Of a stretch of 10,456 nt of DNA, positions 1 to 6,830 are shown one piece after another; within the stretch, counting starts at the first letter, position 1; every line of letters begins with the position of its first letter. The notes under the pieces are model-generated. The model was not told where the DNA came from and searched no databases. It saw only the letters and a list, made by a program, of their open reading frames with translations. The position numbers and the translations under genes were made by a program. Origin of the DNA: an uncultured Nitrososphaerota archaeon (GTDB lineage Archaea > Asgardarchaeota > Njordarchaeia > Njordarchaeales > Njordarchaeaceae); contig CAZFGR010000040.1 of assembly GCA_964518475.1 (NCBI GenBank), positions 1-10,456 on the forward strand. Direction: 5' to 3'.

Positions 1-557
1 GTTTCTATTAGACCGAGTTTAATCTCATACGCTAAGAGTTCTTTCTCCATTTCTTTATAGTTTGGGTAGCGTTTTTGGATGCATATCCAGAAATCTTTAT
101 TATGTTTTGGCTCGATTATGTGACATATTTCGTGGTATATTATGTATGATATTAGATGATCGGGAAGATAACTGGCTAGTGTGTTTATTGTGATGGTTCC
201 TTTTGGACTACAACTAGCCCAGCGCGATTTCATCTTTCTTATAACGATTCTACACGGGTTCATACCTAGAATCTCCTTTGTAGCTTGCTCAACAAGTTCC
301 TTCACCAAGTTCCTGAACTCGGCTTTGCTCCTTTCTACTAACTCAACATTTCTTGAACGTTCTAGAGCCTCAAGGAGCTCTGCATGTTTTTTCTCAATCC
401 ATGCTCTGTGTCTCTCTATAATCCTATATGCTTCGTTTCCATCTACTCCTTCAGGTAGAGTTACTAGTATTCCCCAGGGCTTAACTTCGAGCTTAGGTCT
501 TATGTTTTTGGAGTATTTTATCTGTACTTTCCACTTACTCTCGCTGTTCTGAATCAA
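1..557 (-). CDS. YgjP/DUF45-like (M48/SprT-like) zinc metallo-hydrolase, 3'-truncated by the window edge
   Basis: Not in the supplied ORF track; translated by hand. The frame is open from TTG at 557-555 to the window edge, and the TTG is preceded by GAGGGTGA, an SD-like sequence inside the 3' end of hsdR. The product reads ...KWKVQIKYSKNIRPKLEVKPWGILVTLP...IRKMKSRWASCSPKGTITIN...LISYIIYHEICHIIEPKHNKDFW...YPNYKEMEKELL. The 'MKSRWxSC' and HExxH (HEICH, 134-120) + H-x3-FW motifs are typical of YgjP/DUF45 proteins, which commonly follow hsdR. The start codon is uncertain. Confidence 0.88.
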   Translation of the reverse strand, partial: MIQNSESKWKVQIKYSKNIRPKLEVKPWGILVTLPEGVDGNEAYRIIERHRAWIEKKHAELLEALERSRNVELVERSKAEFRNLVKELVEQATKEILGMNPCRIVIRKMKSRWASCSPKGTITINTLASYLPDHLISYIIYHEICHIIEPKHNKDFWICIQKRYPNYKEMEKELLAYEIKLGLIE

Positions 558-3500
558 TGCTCTTCACCCTCTCAACTAGTAGGTCTACAAGTTTCTTCGC
601 ATTCTCCTTTGGAAGACCAGCTCTACGAGCCTCACGTAGTATTGTTATAGCAACTCTCCTCTCTACATCGCGAATTAGCTTAGGGTTATGAATCCAACCT
701 GGCACACTAATTCTATCACTCACTTGCTTCATAAGCTCCTTTGTAACCTCCATTGCACGTCTCTGCTCAAAGCCTGCATCTATTAGTGTACGATAAACTA
801 AGTACTCTCTGCGTCCGAAACGTAGCTTTGCCTGCTCCTCTTTTAAAGCGTATATCTCTTCCCAAAGCCTTTTAGCCTTCTCATAAAGCTCTAGGCTAGT
901 CTTCTGCTTCCTTCTCCACTCCTCTAGGAGAGCCTCTATTTTATCAGCTACAGACACATAGACAGGGTCATTACGTGCGTATAACCTAAACCTAATTATA
1001 CCCATGATAAGAGCCGAGGCCTTCTCTTCATCACTCATATCTCTGCTTTGTATGAATTCTTCGAAGAACTTACGGTCTATAGTAATAGGAGAAAACTCTG
1101 CCTCCTTCTCTAAGACTTGTAGAGACCGGCTTATGGCCTCAATAGTCCTCTTGTAATATTTCTTCGCTAATTCCTCCTCTGGGCTAGTACCTACAAAGTT
1201 CTTTATGTAGAATGTATATATGTCTGAAAGCCACTTATACTCTTCTCGTTCCTGTCTCGTAAGCTTTGGTGCTATGAGCTCGTATAATCTACGAAGTACA
1301 CGATATTTCTCAGTGAACTCTCTCTCTAATTTCTTGTCTTTAACTATGTTCTCTGCCTTAATCCTTACGTGTTTAAACAATTCTTTATCACTCTTAACGG
1401 TGGGTCTTGAACCAATGAGCTGTAGTAATTGTTGAAGTATCGTCCTAAACCTTCCTAGAATGTCTTCAACGTCAAATACTGCTCCCTTAAGGTCTTCCCT
1501 CTCATACATAGCGAAAGCTCTTTCAAGCTCATCGAATATCCCTATGAAGTCTATGATAAGTCCATACTCCTTAACTCCACGGTAAGGCCGGTTAACTCTC
1601 GCTATAGCCTGCAAGAGACGGTATCCTTTCAGGAGTTTATCAAGGTACATTGTCTGAAGTATCGGTGCGTCAAATCCCGTTAAAAGCATGTCTGTAACAA
1701 TGAGTATTCGTGGATTCTCCTCTGTCCGGAATTTCTCTATGATTTTTTGAACAGCGTCTTTGGGGTCTGTTACATGGTATCTTTCCATTAACTCTCTCTT
1801 ATACTCCTCTATTAATTCATCCTTCTCTTGGTTCTGAAAGGTCATCACGACCTCGCTGTACTCTGGCGGCAAATACTTATCCAAAGCCCTCTTATATAAG
1901 ACACATGCTTTCCTGCTAGTAGCTACAACCATGGCTTTGAATCTACCATCAACATTTTCTCGGAAATGCTTTGCTATGTATTCTGCGACTTTATCTATTC
2001 TTTTTGGATCTTCTAGAAATACCTTGAACTTCCGTACATCAAGTTCCTTGCCTATACGCTTCTCAACCCTTCTCCTAACCTCCTCGGGTAACTCGTCAAA
2101 CTCCGACTCCAAGAACTCGTCGAGAAGCTCTCGTCTAAGCTTATAGTCGAAGGGGCCAGGTTGATAAGCTATCCTTACCGTGTATCCATCTCTTATCGAG
2201 TCGAGAATGAAATACTTGTCGAGGTATAGTTCAGTAGGCGGGCTGAACTTTGCAAATGTATTCTTTAGTGGGTTCTTCCTCGGCACAGGAGTACCCGTGA
2301 ATGCGAAATAATTAGCCTTTCTTAATAACTTCATCATTTGCTCCGCTAATACTCCATACTGTGTCCTGTGTGCTTCATCTACTAGTACAATAATATCTTT
2401 CCTATCCATGACCGTCCCTAGTCTAATCTTAGCTATAGCTTCGAGGAGCTTCTCAAGTTCTTCAAACTCCTTAGGCAAGAACTTCTGTACTGTAACCACA
2501 AACACTCCAGGCTCCCCACGGTAATCATTATAGCTTAAAACTTGTCTGAGCCTAGGGATACTATCGATGAGCTTCGGCTTAACCTCAGGGCCTAAGTCTA
2601 ACTTGGTGAGGTTCTCATAGTATAACTGATTCTGAAGTTCTACTCGGTCAACAACAAAGAAAATCATCGGGTTCTCCAACAACCAGTAAAGCTTCATAGC
2701 AGCGAAAATCATTGTCAAAGTCTTACCACTACCCTGCCAATGCCAGATAAGGCCACGGTCAATATCGGTCTCCCCTCTAAGCCTCTTTAAGACACGTTCA
2801 ACAATCTTGTTGGCAGCCCTATACTGCATATACCTAGCTATAACCTTGGTTTCCCTACCCTCTTCCATCCTAAAGTATGTATAGAACCTTAGGATATCAA
2901 GAAGTTTCGTAGGCCTCAGCATCTCAATAGTCGAGTCTATAGAGTCTAAGCCCTCTTCTCTCCACTCATAAACAGTTATATTATCGGGCTTAGCCCAAGG
3001 CACAATAGGGAAATACCGAGCAACAGCCTCAACAGCCACACCAATCTGGATATACTTATAAAGCTCCGGAACATCCTGTTCATAACGCTTAATTTGGAGG
3101 AAAGCATCACGCCAAGAAACACCAAGGTCAGTAGGACTCTTAACCTCAATATTAACTAACGGAATACCATTAACGTAGAGAATTATATCGTTCCTAATCT
3201 CATGAATACCGACATGAGGAACTTGCTTAGAAACAATAAACTCGTTCCTACCAGGGTTGTCATAGTCTATCAGCTTAAGCCTAGCAGAAGTACGTGTCTC
3301 ACTAAGCTTGACTGGAACACCAAACTTTAGATACTCAAGAATCTTGCGGGCACCCTTAGGCCCATAACTACGTCCTTCAAGAAGCGAAATAGCCTCAGAA
3401 ATATCCTCTTCGGAGACGCCAGGATTGAACTCACGAATCTTACGCCGTAAAATAATATAAAGAAGTGGCTTATCCAGCCCTTCCCGCTCTAAGCGTGAGG

Positions 3501-3573
3501 AGCCAACGTATCTCCAGCCACGCCTAACAAGCTCATCAATGATATAATCCTCAAGTCCTCTCTCCCGAACCAT
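535..3573 (-). CDS. hsdR: Type I restriction-modification enzyme, restriction (endonuclease/translocase) subunit R
   Basis: 1012 aa. N-terminal nuclease motif RNDIILYVNGIPLVNIEVK (D...ExK) plus QIKRY (QxxxY). Walker A WHWQGSGKT, Walker B VDEAHRTQY, motif III FTGTP, LLTGFDAP and motif VI QAIARVNR. SD AGGTGA lies 7 nt upstream of the ATG. Confidence 0.97.
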   Translation of the reverse strand: MVRERGLEDYIIDELVRRGWRYVGSSRLEREGLDKPLLYIILRRKIREFNPGVSEEDISEAISLLEGRSYGPKGARKILEYLKFGVPVKLSETRTSARLKLIDYDNPGRNEFIVSKQVPHVGIHEIRNDIILYVNGIPLVNIEVKSPTDLGVSWRDAFLQIKRYEQDVPELYKYIQIGVAVEAVARYFPIVPWAKPDNITVYEWREEGLDSIDSTIEMLRPTKLLDILRFYTYFRMEEGRETKVIARYMQYRAANKIVERVLKRLRGETDIDRGLIWHWQGSGKTLTMIFAAMKLYWLLENPMIFFVVDRVELQNQLYYENLTKLDLGPEVKPKLIDSIPRLRQVLSYNDYRGEPGVFVVTVQKFLPKEFEELEKLLEAIAKIRLGTVMDRKDIIVLVDEAHRTQYGVLAEQMMKLLRKANYFAFTGTPVPRKNPLKNTFAKFSPPTELYLDKYFILDSIRDGYTVRIAYQPGPFDYKLRRELLDEFLESEFDELPEEVRRRVEKRIGKELDVRKFKVFLEDPKRIDKVAEYIAKHFRENVDGRFKAMVVATSRKACVLYKRALDKYLPPEYSEVVMTFQNQEKDELIEEYKRELMERYHVTDPKDAVQKIIEKFRTEENPRILIVTDMLLTGFDAPILQTMYLDKLLKGYRLLQAIARVNRPYRGVKEYGLIIDFIGIFDELERAFAMYEREDLKGAVFDVEDILGRFRTILQQLLQLIGSRPTVKSDKELFKHVRIKAENIVKDKKLEREFTEKYRVLRRLYELIAPKLTRQEREEYKWLSDIYTFYIKNFVGTSPEEELAKKYYKRTIEAISRSLQVLEKEAEFSPITIDRKFFEEFIQSRDMSDEEKASALIMGIIRFRLYARNDPVYVSVADKIEALLEEWRRKQKTSLELYEKAKRLWEEIYALKEEQAKLRFGRREYLVYRTLIDAGFEQRRAMEVTKELMKQVSDRISVPGWIHNPKLIRDVERRVAITILREARRAGLPKENAKKLVDLLVERVKSIDSEQRE

Positions 3574-3580
3574 AAATAAG

Positions 3581-3586
3581 TCACCT
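3581..3586 (-). promoter_or_regulatory. Shine-Dalgarno-like AGGTGA for hsdR, overlapping the hsdS stop codon
   Basis: The minus strand reads TAGGTGACTTATTTATG. Related motifs precede hsdS (AGGTGA, 4975-4970), the YgjP-like gene (GGGTGA) and the 422-aa gene (GAGTGA). Confidence 0.7.
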
Positions 3587-4961
3587 AAGAAACACGCTCA
3601 ACTCTTACCCTAACCCTACCAGTTAAGAGAAGCTCCATCAAACCACGCTTCAAGCGCTCAAGCTTCCCCTTACGCTCCTCTTCCGATATAATCCACTGGT
3701 CAATTGAGAAAAGCGTGTTTGCTATCATCTTCTGCTCTTCTATAGGCGGTCTTGGAACTAAGAATGATTCTAGGTCTTTCTTTGTGATAGCCTTGAATGT
3801 TGAACCCTTTCCCATAGCTTCAAGTTTTGGTTTAATTAAGCTAAAATAGTAGAAATAGAATAATGTAATGGCACTATCGTTATTGAAACGGATAGCTGTC
3901 AACCCTCTTCCTATGCATAGTTTATACGGTGCTATGTTTACATCACCTACAGGTGCCCGAACAGATATTAAGAGATCACCCCTTTCAGCTACTTTGATTG
4001 GTTTAGACGTGTATAGCTCTGGTGTAGGATAAATACGACCAAACTCAGCCTTACCCTGCAAGAAGGGCAGTCCAACACCATCTTCGTTATAAGTGCTAGA
4101 TGGCGGCGACTGACCCATAATAATTCTAGCAATTCTCGAAAGAGATACTACTTCCCATTGTTTTGGTATTTTTCCTATTGGTGTTTGTTTGTATTCTTTG
4201 TGTCCTATTCCCTTGGTTAGTAGCTCCTGCATTAGACCACGTTTCAAACGCTCAAGCTTCTCGATGACCCTCTCAGTAGCCTCGATAGCCCTGTCAACCG
4301 TGGAGAGAACCTCAGCAATACCCCACTGCTCCTCTAATGGTGGAAGCGGTATAGTGAAATTAACCAAGAATTCCTTCCTTAGATTTTTTATATTTGTTCC
4401 AGATACTCTGTTTATTAGATATCGTTTGAATATATTGGATTTAAGTAGATGATATATGAAAGTCGGATTCAAGACTCTACTATCAATCCTTAGTATCCCT
4501 AGAAATGCTCCAATAGCAATTTGCTTACTAACTAATTCTTTGATGAGCAGAGATCTTCCAACAAGATGTCTACTTCCGCTTGAAGTTACTATTATTATGT
4601 CGTTTTTCTTAATTATCTGAGAAGGCTTGACCCTATTTCTATTGATATAAATTAAGTTGTCAAGCAGAAGAGAGTGTTCCCCTAGATTGGTGGCTCTTAA
4701 TATTGGTATTGAATCATCCGTAGGGATGAAACTTATTTCTGTATTTTTAAAACTCACTCCTCGTACAAATTCCTTTATATGTCTACCTAGCTTAGAAATT
4801 GTCCATTCTTTTGGAATTCTACCTATAGGTGTGTCCTGAACTGTTGTTTCCTTATAGAATCCTAGTATTTTGTATATCGTCTTTTCTTGTGTCTCCTGCT
4901 TAGTTATTTTTGGTGAAACAGTATATCGTTTTAAATATTCGTCAAGTGTTTTCATCTGCAT
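3585..4961 (-). CDS. hsdS: Type I R-M specificity subunit S
   Basis: Two-TRD architecture with duplicated conserved regions: TPIGRIPKEW / TPIGKIPKQW and IPLPPLEEQ...KLERLKRGLMQELLT / VPRPPIEEQ...KLERLKRGLMELLLTG. The ORF track starts at GTG 4973, but that GTG sits inside an AGGTGA SD located 8 nt before ATG 4961, which is the more likely start. The gene overlaps the hsdM 3' end. Confidence 0.95.
   Translation of the reverse strand: MQMKTLDEYLKRYTVSPKITKQETQEKTIYKILGFYKETTVQDTPIGRIPKEWTISKLGRHIKEFVRGVSFKNTEISFIPTDDSIPILRATNLGEHSLLLDNLIYINRNRVKPSQIIKKNDIIIVTSSGSRHLVGRSLLIKELVSKQIAIGAFLGILRIDSRVLNPTFIYHLLKSNIFKRYLINRVSGTNIKNLRKEFLVNFTIPLPPLEEQWGIAEVLSTVDRAIEATERVIEKLERLKRGLMQELLTKGIGHKEYKQTPIGKIPKQWEVVSLSRIARIIMGQSPPSSTYNEDGVGLPFLQGKAEFGRIYPTPELYTSKPIKVAERGDLLISVRAPVGDVNIAPYKLCIGRGLTAIRFNNDSAITLFYFYYFSLIKPKLEAMGKGSTFKAITKKDLESFLVPRPPIEEQKMIANTLFSIDQWIISEEERKGKLERLKRGLMELLLTGRVRVRVERVS
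3642..4260. repeat. Internal direct repeat of hsdS conserved regions (3642-3666 and 4236-4260)
   Basis: accacgcttcaagcgctcaagcttc vs accacgtttcaaacgctcaagcttc, 23/25 identical. Both copies encode KLERLKRG on the minus strand. Confidence 0.85.
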
Positions 4962-6699
4962 TTTTGGCTTCACCTTTGTTCGCTCGAATTATTTGTTGTA
5001 TATATTGTAGTGCCTTGGCTCTGGCTTCCATCGCTTGTTTCTCTATTTCTAGAAGCTCCTGTAGCTCTTTCTCCAAGTCTATTTCCTCAGTTTCCAATGG
5101 TGGAGTTACGTAGAGTGTTACGTTTAGGTTGAAGTCGTTCTCCCTTACCTCTTTAATATCTACTACTCTGGTGAAACCTTCTATGTCTTTGAACTCGTGG
5201 TACGCTCTGGCTATTTTCTCGATGTTCTTTCTTCCTAATCTGTTGAGCCTTCTTATGCTTGGGTGTGGTTCGTATTCATTGCTCGCGTTTATGAATAGTA
5301 TTTTTCCTTTCCGTTCTGGTGGTTTCTGTTTGTTGAATATTATTATGACTCCCGGTGCTTGTGTGTTGTAGAAGAGTTTTTCAGGTAGTAGTATAACTGC
5401 TTCTACTAGGTCTCTTTCCAATATTTTACTTCTTATAGTCTTCTCTCTACCTCCTCTAAATAACGCTCCATTATCTATCACTATTCCTACTTTGCCTCTA
5501 GGTTTAGCCGCTGCTAACATGAGCTGTATCCATGCCCAGTCAGCGTGTTGACTTGGTGTGTATCCGTACTTATATATTAGGCGATATTTCTCGTTCTTCT
5601 TTAATACTTGTTCGTTGTAGCCGTCTTGGTTCCATGGCGGGTTGGCTATTACTATGTCCCATTCCTCTAGACCAAACTTGGGGTAGAGGAGAGAGTCTCC
5701 AACTTCTATCTTGTGGTTCTGTATATTGTGTATGTACATGTTCATTTTCGCTAAGGCCGCTGTCTTCGCATTGACTTCTTGGCCAAATAGGAATAGTTTA
5801 TCTGCTTCTTCCCTCCCATATTTCTCTTCAACATATTTATAGCTTATTATGAGCATGCCTCCACTTCCAGCTGCTGGGTCTAGTATCTTATCGCCTGGCT
5901 TTGGATCTAGTATTTCTACCAGAAGTCTGATGACTTCTCTTGGAGTATAAACTTCACCTTCTTTGGCCTTCTCTGGGGCAAACATCATTAATAGCCACTC
6001 GTAGGCATCTCCAAGAATGTCTGGCGGAGTATCTATTAAGGGTACGGAGTCAAAAAGTTCCACTAGTTGGCGGAGTATCTCGCTGTTCTCTTTACTGGAG
6101 GCGAAAATGTGGAAGTCGAAGTTATCGAATATCGGGCGTAGCTCTGGGTTTAGTTCTCCTAGCTTCTTTAGTGCTCGTGAGAAATAGACGTGTAGTTCTC
6201 CCTTATGCTTAACTATGTTGTCCCATAGGTATTCCTCTGGTATTTGGAACTGGTGAAAGTATTTATCTCTTGCCAGCTCCTTGGCTTCTTCTGGGCTGTA
6301 TCCTTCTTCTATCAGTTCCTTATACGTTTTCTGGAACTCTAGTTTCCATTGGTCACTTATCTTCTTATAAAATAGAAGCACTAATATGAATGAGTAATCT
6401 ACGCGGGTTCTTATTAGGTCAGCCGCTTTTTTAAGAATTGATTCTAGGTCACCTCTGGTCACTGGTATTTGACGAAGCGAGTATATTTTTTTCTTAGGAT
6501 TATCAGGATCCACCGCAACTACTACAAGGTTATGGCGTCTCAGATTACTTAGAAGTGTTATCACACTATCTACTGGTCGCTCTAGCACCTTAGATGCGTC
6601 CTCTACAGTAAATGGTTTTTCGCCAAAATATGCACGAAGACGTATATAGTCGTTAAGCATCCAAGAGGGGATTTTATTTGACGGCAAAACAGTCACCAT
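4942..6699 (-). CDS. hsdM: Type I R-M N6-adenine methyltransferase subunit M with an N-terminal winged-HTH-like extension
   Basis: 585 aa. The HsdM N-domain starts at about aa 80 (LESILKKAADLIR...LLFYKKISD). Motifs: LGDAYEWL, GEVYTPREV, SAM-binding motif I ILDPAAGSGGML, FGQE, catalytic motif IV IANPPWN, LPEKLFYNT, LFINAS. Residues ~10-76 look like a wHTH (FTVEDASKVL...VITLLSNLRRHNLV...DPDNPKKKIYSL). Confidence 0.96.
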   Translation of the reverse strand: MVTVLPSNKIPSWMLNDYIRLRAYFGEKPFTVEDASKVLERPVDSVITLLSNLRRHNLVVVAVDPDNPKKKIYSLRQIPVTRGDLESILKKAADLIRTRVDYSFILVLLFYKKISDQWKLEFQKTYKELIEEGYSPEEAKELARDKYFHQFQIPEEYLWDNIVKHKGELHVYFSRALKKLGELNPELRPIFDNFDFHIFASSKENSEILRQLVELFDSVPLIDTPPDILGDAYEWLLMMFAPEKAKEGEVYTPREVIRLLVEILDPKPGDKILDPAAGSGGMLIISYKYVEEKYGREEADKLFLFGQEVNAKTAALAKMNMYIHNIQNHKIEVGDSLLYPKFGLEEWDIVIANPPWNQDGYNEQVLKKNEKYRLIYKYGYTPSQHADWAWIQLMLAAAKPRGKVGIVIDNGALFRGGREKTIRSKILERDLVEAVILLPEKLFYNTQAPGVIIIFNKQKPPERKGKILFINASNEYEPHPSIRRLNRLGRKNIEKIARAYHEFKDIEGFTRVVDIKEVRENDFNLNVTLYVTPPLETEEIDLEKELQELLEIEKQAMEARAKALQYIQQIIRANKGEAKNADENT

Positions 6700-6830
6700 T
6701 CATACCTAATATACATTATTTTTTAGTTAGATATCTAAATCTAAAAAATTTTCGGTTATATGATTTTTATAACCTATGCCAGCACACATACTATAATTAG
6801 GGAATAGTCGGTATCTAGGATGCGATTTCA
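6700..6830. promoter_or_regulatory. Divergent promoter region between hsdM and pAgo, with two inverted repeats and TATA-like boxes
   Basis: AT-rich 131-bp spacer between head-to-head genes. Palindrome ATTTTTTAG-TTAGATATCTAA-at-CTAAAAAAT (6718-6749) and inverted repeat GGTTATA-N7-TATAACC (6754-6774). TATA-like TTTTATAA on + (about 6765-6772) and TTTAGATA on - (about 6739-6732). Confidence 0.6.

Noticed and set aside
493-534. GTG immediately after the hsdR stop as the start of the downstream gene
   Set aside because: That frame closes after 13 codons. The HExxH frame is a different one, with a TTG at 557 and an SD-like motif, so no frameshift needs to be invoked.
181-552. 123-aa + strand ORF in the track
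   Set aside because: Antisense shadow of the YgjP/DUF45-like gene. It is Ser/Phe/Leu-rich with no motifs.
3608-3617. CCCTAACCCT matching the reverse complement of AGGGTTAGGG at 10446-10455 (possible terminal inverted repeats)
   Set aside because: Only 10 bp, inside hsdS coding sequence (RVRV), and no transposase is present, so probably chance.
1220-6212. Small + strand ORFs (1220-1435, 1931-2146, 4189-4452, 4657-4839, 4910-5113, 5129-5371, 5532-5774, 5940-6212)
   Set aside because: All lie antisense within hsdR/S/M, have the composition expected of reverse-complement frames, and show no recognisable motifs.
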